A stretch of 64,000 nt of DNA from Diplonema japonicum. Its lineage: Eukaryota > Protista > Euglenozoa: Diplonemea. The stretch lies in assembly GCA_964019335.1 (NCBI GenBank), contig OZ025687.1, positions 496,001 to 560,000 of the forward strand. Direction: 5' to 3'. Positions 25,807 through 37,697 of this stretch are shown here, piece after piece. The position numbers and the translations under genes are program-made. Position 1 is the stretch's first letter. The number at the start of each line of letters is the position of its first letter. A model generated the notes under the pieces. The model searched no databases, was not told the DNA's origin, and saw only the letters and a list, made by a program, of their open reading frames with translations.

Positions 25807-26466
25807 ATGGAAGATGGGAATCTCACGGTGACGTACGTGCAAAGTAATGACACCACTGCTACAGTGGTGCCATTAATAAATATTGAAGGGGACGAGAGTG
25901 GGTATGGGGTGGGCATGGGGTGGGGGTTATGAAGGGAAAACCACAGATGGTCAAAGACTAGGGACACCCTGATCATAGCCGCACTGTCCGTTATCATCCT
26001 ACTTGTCTGCGTCTTAATATGCTGTTATTGGAGGAAGGGGTCAGCTGTAGATAAGGAGATGAAGTGGCTGCCGAACACCACGCCGCTCCTGTATGAAGGT
26101 AGGCAGATAGAGCTTGTTGATGTGACTAAAGACGACGAGGAATATTCTAAAGATATGGAACCTACTCCTATAGAGGACCCACCTACTCCTGTGGCTGTAG
26201 ATGTCCAGGATGATTACCCGGATCCAGAGCCGTCTCCTGTTTCTTTTCCTAGCGACTCTCCTACATTCTCGTTTCTCAAGCCGGAGGTCATCTACAGTTC
26301 GCCTCGTAGCCTTGACATCCCTCCCATTCCCACCTCTCGCCCTGCTCTCCAAGCCCACCGAACTCGTCACGTCCGTGGCCTTGGCCACTCTGGGACACCC
26401 TTCCGCCCTCTCACCGAGTGGGCGCCCTCCGCTGAGGCATGGCCCTCCACACGCAGCCATGTCTAA
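25807..26466 (+). CDS. Single-pass membrane protein; intron 25902-25946 extends ORF 26059..26466 upstream
   Basis: Spliced product MEDGNLTVTYVQSNDT...GWSKTRDTLIIAALSVIILLVCVLICCYWRK has N-glycosylation sequons, a TM helix with juxtamembrane Cys and a Pro-rich tail. The start is uncertain. Confidence 0.65.
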
Positions 26467-26757
26467 GCAAACGATATCGCCCCATATCACTAACCCGTCT
26501 GGTCAATCCTGAATGTGATCTAAGAGCCTGTTTTGAAAGCATAGCAATGTTCTGTCCGGACACAAGGGAAGGGGCTGAACAGGGTTTACAGATATGAGGT
26601 TTTTTTTATTCTTTTTTTTTTTTTTTATATAAATATATGTAGAACACTCATTCCTTTTGTAGTTATTAGACGAAGTAAAAAAGTCTTTATTAAGAACGAT
26701 TTTAAAAAGAAATAAAGCAACGCATCAGACCTTCCAGCACACCACACAGACACAACA

Positions 26758-28490
26758 ATGGGTAAAGTCCGGCTGAAAGAGCGTCTTCTGGACCTTGATC
26801 TCATAAAGCCTCATGACATGTCTGATGACTTCGAAGGGGTGAAGGGCGGGGGCGTGGAATCATTCTTCAGAGGTGGGGGTTGCTTGGGGTTGGGAAGTAG
26901 GTTATTTAAGGGTAAATACAGAAAAGGTGGGAAGCCTGTAGTATTGAAACAGCTGTTTGTTGGAGGGGAAGAGGTGGAGGAAAAGGGTCCTGTAGAGATG
27001 GAGCTGCACATCCTGAAGAACTACGGGCATGAACATCTTGTGAAGTACGAGGCCGCGTTCATGACGGAGCACATCGACGATGGTGTGTGGCTGGTCATGG
27101 CGCAGTGCGCGGGAGGGTCCATCGCTGATGCCATCCGCATGCGCGACTTGCCGTTCAATGAAACTCAGCTGCAACAAACATTGCACGGCCTCCTGCGTGC
27201 TGTGACGCACCTCCACGCCCAGAACTACATACACCGCGACATCAGAGGTGAGAACATCCTGCTGACTGCAGGGGGCAAGGCAGTGCTGGCCGACCTTGGA
27301 ACTGTGGGCATATCTAACTCCACTTCCGCACAGGTGGGCACCAGCCACTGGATGGCTCCCGAGATGACCTCTGCTTCGAGCGTTCCATATGACGTCAAAG
27401 TCGACATTTGGAGTATAGGCATCACCATCATCGAGATGGCAGAGATGGAAACCCCTGCTGCCAGAGATGTATGCACATGTTTCATCACACACCACACATA
27501 GGGCGGCAACGAGACCACGACACAGATGCATTCACCAAAGTTCGCCCACCCGTCAACTTGGTCCAAGTCCTTGAACAGGCTTGTGACCACATGTCTTGAG
27601 ATGGACCCTAAGAAACGGCCGTCTGCAGCGAAGCTGCTTGCGTCGGATTTCATGAAACAGAAAACGAAAAAAGAAGAGACGCTAAAGGAGCTCGTTAAGG
27701 TGTGATGATAAGTTACTCAAGACAACCACTGCAGATCGTGAACCACCTTCGCCAGCAGGAAGAGACTCTTGCTGCGGAGCGCAAGTCAAAATGGCTAGAC
27801 GATGACGATGACTCCACCGAGTGCGACACAGTGCTGGGGAACTCTATCAGCTCGCAAGTACTTGAAGAAAAGACACAGAAAGAAATGAGCATCCACTTCG
27901 ACCCGGTCGTGTCGCCCCCGCCCGTCATCAAGGAGGTATGCGCATAAGATGACACTCACGACACACAGACGACACCAGCACCTCTTCTGCGCCCTGAGAG
28001 CAAAGAAGCTCTCACGGAGAGAAATGCAGAGCTCAGAAAGAAGGTAGCAGCACTAAAGAACATTCTGAAGTGCGAACTGTTGTTAAAGGATGAGGCAGTG
28101 TTCCATAAAAGAAATAATAAAAAAACAACAAGTGCTGTGATGCTGAAGAAGATGGAGCAGGAGAAAGAGCTCCTAGCCGAGAAGGCGGCCACTATCAAGA
28201 AGAACCTGCTAAGCATGAAGACTAGCATCACGAATCTTGGAGTGTCTATTTCTGATGTGTCCTCGCGTCTGAGTGATACCTCTGCCCCTGCCACTCACAC
28301 TTCTACTTCCCACCCGGAGCCTCTGCGGCGGCTGAATACTTCAACGGGGCTGGTCAAAACGGCCTCGCCTAGCCCCTCTGTGGTCACAAGAAGCCTCACC
28401 CAAGCACAGTCTCAAACTCACTATGTCCCCGGTTCCCTGCGCAAGAATGCAATGCTCAGTAGAGTCCGTAGCGATACAAAGAGAAAGTAA
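26758..28490 (+). CDS. STE20-like Ser/Thr kinase with a C-terminal coiled coil; introns 27469-27501, 27700-27734 and 27936-27968
   Basis: HRDIRGEN, DLG, GTSHWMAPE, DIWSIGITIIEMAE. The spliced exon supplies WSKSL..CLEMDPKKRPSAAKLL. All three introns are phase 0 and restore the frame. Confidence 0.88.
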
Positions 28491-28667
28491 TGCCTTCATT
28501 TGGCCTTATTCGGGTTTCTTCCACTTCTGCCCCCCCATGTTCTGCCCGTATATGTTAGTGTTACGGTTATTGCTAAGTCCTTTCATGCCATCTTTGTAAT
28601 TTTGTGAGTATTATTGCAGCAATGCCAACCATTCAATTTATCTTCGCGCAGGAGCCAAGAAGTCAAA

Positions 28668-30254
28668 ATGGCAAAAAGGGGAACGGGTGTGTACAGCAGG
28701 GGTGAGAAGGTTGAGGTGTTCTACAGGTTCGAGCATGACGGGAGCGGTGACGGGGCTGAAGGGTACTTCCCAGTATTGACGCCCGACGCGGGTCTATTCA
28801 ACCCCAGGTTGGGTCTGACGGACAGCTGGCAGGAGGCAGTGGTGCTGCACGACTTCAACCCGCAGACATACGACGAAAAAGTGAGGGACACATGGGTGAT
28901 CGTTACAATGTCCCACGGGAGGTGGGCCAACCGCAAGGGTCAGTCCCTTGACCTCAGTGACAAACACAACACAACAGTCATGATGAAGCCCTGTGACGTC
29001 AGGTTCCCTGAACAGCAGCAGCCGCTTCTGTCCTTCCTGTGCGTCCGTTGGGGTGGTCCGTACCCCATCCCTGAGCACTCCGACGATGGTGAGTTTGGTG
29101 GGTGGGGTGACATCGGCACCTGCATCTGCGACAAATACATCAACACCTTCTTCCAAGTTGTTTACAATGAAGTGGGTCCCAACTACGAGGTGTACTCGTG
29201 CTTCGTGTCGCAGTCTGCTGACTTGCAAAAAATATATGGTCCCGGTGTCTCTGGGCTGCTGAAGGGTAAGCACAAGGCAGGTCTGTACTACCTGTGGCCT
29301 GTTGCGTGGATGGACTGCAACGAGGGTCAGACGGGTTACGTCGAGAAAGATGCCATGCTGACGTTGATGAAGAACATGGAATGCGCGGGGATACCCAGCA
29401 GGCACCCGCACCCTTCTAACTTGTACCACCTCTTCGCCTCCAAAAGTTGGACTGCGACAATGTGCCTGTCGCAGGGGTTCAATGTGCCATGCACCACAAA
29501 GGTTAACCGCGCACAGATTCTGGACAACCCCCGTGCCAGCGCCAAGCAGGCCCTCGAAGCACTGACCGTACTGCAGAAGGCAAAGCATGGAGTGGTAGAG
29601 AAGAACCACAGCAACATCTCAGGTGTCGCGAAGCTTGGCTTCTCGTGGGAGGCACAGGTATGCTGGAGGTAACTAACTATCAACGTCACACAGGATGTGC
29701 TGTTCTTCAAAGGAGTCGAGCAGCTGGGGGGCCGCTTAGAAAGGCTGCTGGAGCAAGCGGGGTGCATGGCCGACTGCATCTACGTGCAGGAGAATGTACC
29801 GAATGACTGTGAGATCAGAATATATTTGATAGACGGGAAGCCTGCGAAGAAATTGTACTCTAAATTCTGTGAAGTGGACAACAGCGGGTCGTTCAGCAGC
29901 TTCAGGAGGATCGAGGACAGAAACATTGTGCTGAAAGAGTGGTTCGGCAATAATGACGCGGGACTGGCTGATGCGGAGAAGCAGATCGCTGCGCTGTGTG
30001 ACAAGTGGCTGGTTTGGTTGAGGGCTGAGTGCTCTGCACCTCCTGCTGTGTGCAGAATGGACTTCTTCGTGAAGCTCCACGGCCCAACGGCAACTGTGAC
30101 CACTGGAGAGCTTACTGAACAGGGTGCTTCTATGCTCGGTTGGGCTGAAGGGCCGCAAGTCACCTTCAGCGCCGTCGTTCGCGAGTGCCTCAACCAACAG
30201 CCTATCCCCAGCAGGTCCAGCCCACCGCCTCAGAGGAGAAAAATTGAACAGTAA
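28668..30254 (+). CDS. Putative ATP-grasp-fold enzyme; intron 29658-29693 joins ORFs 28614..29672 and 29697..30254
   Basis: VAKLGFSWEA, YVQE.V..EIRIYLIDG, RMDFFV and ELTEQG occur in ATP-grasp order. The intron contains CTAAC. The gene model is solid, but the fold call is an inference. Confidence 0.6.
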
Positions 30255-30564
30255 GCGCCCCTGCAATATCCCACCACAGTGTCAATTAGGGAGATATAAC
30301 TGCACCTTTCTGTTCTGCCCCCAACCCAAAACTTTCCACACACACACACACACACCCCTCTTATCATATATAGTCAAGAGTACCATAGTCATCAGCGAAG
30401 TGTCGCCGAAAGCAGAAGGGAAGGGCGGCACAACCTTTCCCCCTTTCAGTTTTGCGTCTCTCCATAGGACCATTGTCTTTTTTACTTCTTTATATCCCCC
30501 CTTTTATTCCTTCATGTCACCATCACCCCTTCCATCCCCTGCAGGAGGGTGGTCCCACTCCCTC

Positions 30565-33514
30565 ATGTCGACCGTGACTGGGGCGGTGATAACGTTGGTG
30601 ATGGTGGTGATGGTGCACGGCGGGGGGGACGTGTCAGGGTATTGCTGCTATCTATGTGGGAATGCTACGTTAACGGAGGTTGACGAGTGCAGTGCTTGCT
30701 ATGGGTGTTGGGATGAGAAGAGCTGGTGTTCGTCGAAGGACACATGTGGGGGACAGTGTGGGGGTACGTGGTGCACCGAGCACCCGACCACCCCACCTAT
30801 CATCCCACCAGCTCCTTCGCATCTGGTTCCTCCTGAACAGTGGTCAATAGTAGTGCCCACTGACAGTGTGGTTGGGAACCCTGTTATCAAGGGCTCCTAC
30901 GTCTACTGGGTAGAGTATATCCCCGCAGCCAATAAGGCAACCCTCCACAGAGCATCCCTTATCAACGAGACCGATCGCGGCTTCACGCCCGTTGGCAACC
31001 CCAACGACCGGATCACCTCCGTCTCTGATCCCTTCACACCGCTCTCCAACATCATCGTTGTCTCCTACGGTGTCAACAACGACGACTTCACCATCATCGA
31101 AGGCTTCCAGTCCACGCAAACCCGCCCCCTATCCGTTATCTGGTTGAAAGTTGTTAACACCATTGCCCCCATCGCTGTGTCTCCTGTCGGGATTTACTGG
31201 ACTAACACATCAGGCTACCTAGAGTGTGTGGATGTTGAATCAACATCTTTCAAATGGGCGTACAATGCAAAGGCCTCCGTTCTGTCCTATCCCATAGTTA
31301 GCGGCCAGAAAGTGTTCATCACAGGCCAGTGCGGTGCTTCTGGGAACCTGTGCATCTTCGCCATCGATGCGAACGAAGGGACACGGCACTGGGCAGTCGA
31401 CATCCTCGTGAAATGGTGGCTGCCGCAGATATCCGTCTTCAAGACCACAGTTGTAGTTACCACGACGCACTTCACAGAGTATGAGGGGCTGTACAATAAG
31501 TCGGAAATAGTTGTTGGCGACCCCGACGGGAAGGTCACGGGCTACGATGCTGACGTAGGGGTTGTCAAGTGGAGCTTCAACGTGGCTGGCGCTGTGGGGG
31601 TGCCTAGCATGACACAGCTGGTGGTCAACAACAACAAAACACGTGAAGTACTTGTTTTCACGTCGTGCAAAACACCTCCAAAGACACCACCGCAGGCAGC
31701 ACAGCGAGACCAGTGGACGACCTGCACTGTGTGGGGCATTGACGTTAGCATGTTGATGGCGAACCCCATCACGGGCGCAGCCGTTTTGTGGCAGGTAACT
31801 CCCTTGTACTACGTCGCAGTGAGCCCACAGCAGGTGCTTGGCAGAACGGTCTTCGTGTCGATGGCCTCGTTCAACGCCATCTCGACGATGGGCTCTGGAG
31901 GGGTGTACCACGACAAGCAACTCGCGTCAGTGGACATCTTGTCGGGCAACGTCACTTGGGCCATCACCAGCATCCCCGAGCCTAGGAACGGCACTGTGTA
32001 CCCTTCGCTGCGCTACGCACTGGACACCAAGGTGGACTACCTTGTGTGCAACTCGAAAGCCCACATCTACAAATACATTCTCGGAACTACCCCAGCACCA
32101 GCAGCACAGCCCACAGGAAAGACACCTTTCACGAGGACGCCCCTCTTCTACGTTGCTATCGGCGCGGCACTTTTCGTGACCATCGTGGCACTGCTCGTAA
32201 GGTGGTGCTTGCGCCGCCGTGTGCCGAAGGACCCACCTCTCCTTGTGGACTCCGACACCTCTCACGAGGTCAACATGGACGAGGAGTCCCTTGCAAGGGG
32301 GTATCGCAGGTTGCGCCCCTTAGGGAAGGGGGGCTTTGGGGTGGTCTACTTGTGCGAGAGTTTGGACACCAAGGAGCTGCTCGGGATGAAACAGATCAGG
32401 TGTCTGAGCAAGAAGGAACAGCGCATCGCGGAAAACGAGGTGAAAATCCTGTCGAACCTCCCAAAGAACGAAGGCACCATCGAGGTGCTGAACGCCTTCA
32501 CAGTCCCCAACATGGTGGTGATGGTGATGCCGTACTACAAGGCAGGCGACCTGTCTGCTTACATCTCGAAACTGGAGAACATGATACCCGAAGTACAGAT
32601 CATACACTACACAAGACAGCTTTGCCTTGCACTGAACCACCTCCACAAACAGCGTCCTGCCATTGTGCACAGGGACCTCAAACCTGCTAACATTCTGATG
32701 TCGGAAGACAGACGGAAACTCGTGATCACTGACTTCGGCTTGGCAAGACTGGTAGACAAGACATACATGCACACACATGCAGGGACCATGGCGTACATGG
32801 CGCCGGAGGCATTTGACGGTCATTACACAAACAAGGTGGACATATGGTCCTTGGGGTGCGTTGTGTATGCTATGGTGAAGCGCAAGGTGAATGGGAAGGT
32901 GCTTTGCATCCACTCTGCTAAACAAGATTTCCTGAAGCAGATATCGGGAGACATTTCGAAGGCCGGCTACGGCGAGCTGGTGGTGGACCTTGTACGGCAG
33001 ATGCTGCAGAACAACAGGCGGGCACGGCCCAGTGCTGAGGAGCTGCTTTTCAGGTTATCAAACAGCTTCCCGACTTCTCATGTGGTGCCTGTTACCCAAC
33101 CGGAGGTGATAACGGTGAACACGCCTGTGAAGGCACCTGTCCAAGGGTACATGGCAGCGCTGAGGAATGTGAACGTTGAAACGTCGTCAGAAGAAGAAAG
33201 CGAGGTAAAGGAGCTATCTGCACCTGCTCAGGTCCCTGCAGCGCTGGGGTTCATGGCTGCACTGCGCAAGATGCCTCCTTCGTACCAAGTGCCTACCTCC
33301 TACGCGACCAGCTCCTCGTCTTCCAGCACGCGAAACCACTCGTCAGTGCAGGACACCTCGCAAGTCATCACCCCACAAGCGCAGTCTTCACAGCCTACAC
33401 AGCCTGCGCAGGTGGGGTTCATGGCGGCATTGCGAAACATCAACATCTCCAACTGCACTTCGTCTTCTTCTTCTTCATCCTCTTCTGTGCTGTCTGAGGA
33501 AGGGGTTATTAACT

Positions 33515-33516
<2 letters not shown>
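30565..33516 (+). CDS. Receptor-like kinase: signal peptide, Cys-rich module, PQQ/BamB-like beta-propeller, TM helix, NEK-like Ser/Thr kinase
   Basis: Propeller repeats AIDANEGTRHW, GYDADVGVVKW and SVDILSGNVTW. TM LFYVAIGAALFVTIVALLV. Kinase motifs GKGGFG, HRDLKPAN, DFG, APE. Start at 30565 follows a pyrimidine-rich ..CTGCAG; 30514 is an alternative. Confidence 0.85.
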
Positions 33517-33555
<39 letters not shown>

Positions 33556-34188
33556 AGAAAGAAAGCGGCTTTGTTTTATCTTTCTTTTCACTTTCTCATC
33601 TTCCCATTCAAAGTTTGCGGTTTTTCTTCACTTTCTTCTTCAAGGTGGCGTTATGACCGAGCAACCTTTCTGTGACAATAAGCGACTCTTTCCTTTCATC
33701 TCTTGAATCCCTCTCCCCTCTCCCCTCTTTTGGTTTCATTTATATTTTCTTTTTTTTTTTTCCTTCGTATAGTACTATGTTCTTTTTCTTTTTTGTTTCT
33801 TCCTGTTTCCGATTTCCTTCTAAGTGTTTTTGAAGGTCTGCTGTTGGCGTTCCACCAGAGTGCCGGTCAGGTGGTAGAACAGTTCTTGGGTGTTGGTAAA
33901 GTTAGTGGTTTGGTCCCCCCCTCCCCCTCTTGTTATTTTTATTTATCCTTTCTCCTGGAGCGAAACACACACGCACACAAAGCAAAAAGGGAACGGCAAT
34001 GAGGCTTTTTTTTTTCCCCCCTTCTTTTTTTTCTTTTTTTTGCTCCTGGTTTGAAATTTCGTTTTGTTTCCCCCTCCCCCCACCCTTTCCTTGTTTGGTC
34101 CCCAAATGTTTCAATCTTCGTGCTTTGCATCTCTCGCCACCTGTGATCTAGTGGAATATGACAAAAAAAGAAGAAAAAAAAAAAAAAA

Positions 34189-34405
34189 GCGAAACGTTAA
34201 CTCGAACCCCTAACTCTCCAAAATGCTCAAAGACCGCCACATTAGTTTCCAAAGTGCCCAAGTGGGTTGAGTTTGTGTATTCTTGAAGATTTGAGTGAAA
34301 TCTTGGGGATTGTGTCTGAAAGTTTTCCCTCCTAAATCTCAAACTAAGGGGGTTGAGTTTGAGCATTATTAACGAGCTAAGGGGTCGGGTTGGCTGTTTT
34401 TTCGC
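34189..34405. mobile_element. Possible decayed foldback/MITE-like element
   Basis: Imperfect inverted repeats AACTCGAACCCCTAACTC (34199) / GAGCTAAGGGGTCGGGTT (34374) and AATGCTCAAA (34222) / TTTGAGCATT (34358). Confidence 0.4.
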
Positions 34406-34831
34406 AAAAAAAGAGAAAACAGAAAGAAAGAATAGCGAGTGGATGCAAATGTAAATCTTTTGGGTTGCACTTATCACACAACTTTTATGTGTTGCAACCA
34501 AACAATTTTTTTTTTTTAAATTTATTTTGTGAGGTAAACCTTTTTTTTTTTTTTTTTGTTTTGTTTTTGTGTTCTCGCTGCGTGCCTGTTCCCTACCCCC
34601 CCCTACCTTGCACATCCCCCTTCAAAAAAGAAAAAGGAAAGAAAACTACAAGAAGAGAGAAAAAAAAAGAAGAAGAAGAAAACAAGTAGGGTACCAATCA
34701 GATAGCATTCAAAGAGAATGCAATGAAGCCCTTAGGTTAGTAGCTTTTTCTTCTGAGATAATCTTTTCAGTAACTCAGGGGAGGGGGGCAAAAATAAATA
34801 AAGCTGCTGAAAACATTGGTTATTGCCCTCC

Positions 34832-34867
<36 letters not shown>

Positions 34868-35006
34868 AGAATTGCGATACAACCTGCTTCAAAAATAAAA
34901 AAAATAAAAAAAATAAAGTTAGGTTTTTTTCCCCCCCCCTTTTTTTTTTTTGGTTATTCCGTTTAACACGTACAAAAAAAAAAGAAAAAAAAAGGGAAAT
35001 AGGCCA

Positions 35007-35173
35007 CCAACACTTAATGACTCTTACCATTCACCTCGAGGTTCCGTTTTCTTTTGTTTCCCCCCCATTTTTTCTCCTCCCCCCCCCCCCCCCATCTTCT
35101 GAGCAAGGTCGGGTTAGCGACAGGCAAGTGGTTTTATTTTTTCGCACATCTGAAATTACTTCATCACGAAGGG
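35007..35173. repeat. Dispersed repeat copy, homologous to 56319-56423
   Basis: Shared blocks CCAACA..TAATGACT..TACC.TT..CCTCGAGGT and AAGTGGTTTTATTT..TCTGAAATTACTTCA.CACGA.GG. Confidence 0.7.
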
Positions 35174-35233
35174 AAGGCAGACAAAAAAAAAAAGTCTACC
35201 ATCGGTTCGTCACTGTGAACGGTTTGTTTCTTT

Positions 35234-35275
<42 letters not shown>

Positions 35276-35861
35276 CATGCTAAAGTAAGTTCACAGAAGA
35301 ATCATAGGAAAAAACAGGCCATTACTGATGAACTTTCAGAAAGAAGTGCCATTTACTGAATAAAAAAAAAGAGAAAAAAAAAAGAAAAAAAAAAAAACAT
35401 AACAGTCTGCAGTTGAGGCAGTTCGCACTGTGCATTTCCCCTTTCCCCACAAGTCTTGTATCCACTACTTTATGAAGCTCTTTTTCGATACAATTTTTTT
35501 TTCCCCCCTTTCTTCCAGCACCCTCTTACCATTTTCTTTATCTTTACCGGAAGACCAAACACAGGAAATGGAAGGTGGGGGGGAGAGAATGACGACGAGA
35601 ATCTTTAACAGAAAAAAAGAAGAACAAATCGCTATAATCCTCTGTTCTTTCTCCCGGCATGAAACGGTGGGGGGGGGGGGGGGGGGGGAAGCCATGAAGT
35701 ATTATTAATCTAATATCCACCTCTTCTTTTCTTTTTCTTTTTCTTTTTTCTTTCCCCCCTGTCCGCCTTTACACATTTCAACACAGTCGTACACACACAC
35801 ACACACACGCATATCCTCCTGCTTTAAATTTTTTTTTCCGAAAAAAACTTTTTTTAACAAA

Positions 35862-36086
35862 ATGGTCCGTGATGGCAGTACCAACAAGCGTCAAACAGGA
35901 CGTGTGGGGAAGGACAAGGAAAAGACCGCTACAAGCAGCAAGCAGAGCAAACAAAAGCTATCGCTAGTGACAGCAGCACAGGAGCCGGAGTGCGAAGAAC
36001 TGGAAGCTCCCTTGCAGGATTGGTGGGGCCGTGTCTCGTCAGAGTTTTCAGGAGGCCGGCCGTCCTGGGCTTGCATGCCTGCGTGA
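35862..36086 (+). CDS. Small hypothetical protein (74 aa)
   Basis: A complex-sequence island with an A-rich ATG context and coding-like composition. No homology recognised. Confidence 0.4.
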   Translation: MVRDGSTNKRQTGRVGKDKEKTATSSKQSKQKLSLVTAAQEPECEELEAPLQDWWGRVSSEFSGGRPSWACMPA

Positions 36087-36990
36087 GAGGAAAAAAAAAA
36101 ATTAAAGAGCGAAAACAAAACAACCTTAATATGCGCATGCTGATGATTCTGATGTTCCATAAGAGAAAAAAAAAGAAAAAAAAAAGAGAAAAAAAAACCT
36201 TTCTTCCTTCATCTCTCCCTCTAGTTATTTTTGTTTTATTTTTCTCCCCCCTCCTCTTCCCTCTCCTAGCAGTATGGAAAAAAAAGGGGGGGGGCAAATT
36301 AAAAAGAAAACCAGTGCTGGGGGAGGAGGTTTTCTTTTTTTTTTTTGTCCCCTCATATCTCTAAGCTGTCCAAATACCCTGTCCTGTTTGTACTTAAAAC
36401 GTGTCTTTTTATTTTGCTGAATAAAAAAAAAAAAGAAAAAAAAAAAATGGCCGGAATGGACTCAAGATGGCTCCTTCAGTCATCCCACCGTGCTGAAGGG
36501 TAAGAGAAAGAAGAGAGGAAAATAGAAAGTTTTAGCCTCACAACACGTTCAGTACACTTCGGGATATGAGGAGCTTTTTTTTTTTTTTTTCCCTTCTTGA
36601 AAGTAGTCTTTTTGCTTCTTTTTTTATTATTTCGTTTCTCCCCCTCTTTTCTTTTCCATCTACTCTTACCTGTTCACGCTCACGATCCTTCAAGGGGAAA
36701 AATCGAAATGGTTAAAAGTTACAACACGAAAAGACCCCGGCCAAGGTATAGCCACCGAAGACTACCAAGGCACGCGTGTGCATGTGATACTTTAGTTTTA
36801 TTTAACGAGAGCCTGCATTTAAGGGAAGGCAATGGATTTATTCCTTTGGGTCCTTGGTGACATTGGCGAAGTGAAAAAAAAAAAGTTTAGAGTAGACTGC
36901 AAGATGCAAACCTTCATTTTTTTTTTTTTTTTTTTTTTTTTCCCGTGCACCGAGAACACAGCTCGAGTTACGTAAGAAGAAAAAAAAGAT

Positions 36991-37031
<41 letters not shown>

Positions 37032-37697
37032 AACCCGCCCGGAATTCCCTTTTATTAAAAAGGCGACTCCTAAGGCGTAAGGCTCCCAAAAAAAAAAGAA
37101 GACATGTTCCATAGTTCCCCCTTTCCCCGTTTTTTATCCCTCACCTTCTTCTCTCTGTCCCCCGCCTATTTATTTTTGTTTTATTTAAAAAAAGGGGGAG
37201 GGAGGGAAATAATATAAAAAAAAAGGTAAAGGTGCGATTAAAAGCTGCACATTTAAAAAAATTAAACGTACCTTTTTTTTTTGCTTTAAAAAAAGATCTG
37301 AAGTTTTTTTTGTCCCCCCCTACCCTTAATGGTTGGCCTCATACATTAGCTGTACTGTGATAGCCCAAGTTCTCCCCCCCCCCCCCCCCCATTCTTCCCC
37401 TCCTTACAGATTGGTAGCACATTCTTTTTTGTTCATAAGTGCAGTGCGTACCATTGGATGGGCTGGATTTCGTCTTTTTTTTTATTTATTCCTTCTAAGA
37501 TCCCTTTCTCCCTTATTTTTTTTCCCATGTCCCCTGTTTTTTTTTTACCCCCCTTCCAAAATCTCTTTGCGAAAGACAACAAGAAGCACTTATTCCCCCA
37601 CCCTCTCTTTTTTCTTCTCTTTTCTTCCCTCTTCTTTCTTACCCGACCCTCGCTGTTCCCCTTTATGCTCCGCTGCGCCAGCAAGCACAGCACAGGG

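Noticed and set aside
30124-30513. N-terminal extensions of ORFs 30124, 37458, 49538, 59411 and 61269
   Set aside because: They start at non-ATG codons or run through homopolymers or neighbouring genes; downstream ATGs fit better.
35318-35360. TGATGA...CTGA as a C/D snoRNA or hammerhead core
   Set aside because: Too short, lacks the required stems, and is explained by a local direct repeat.
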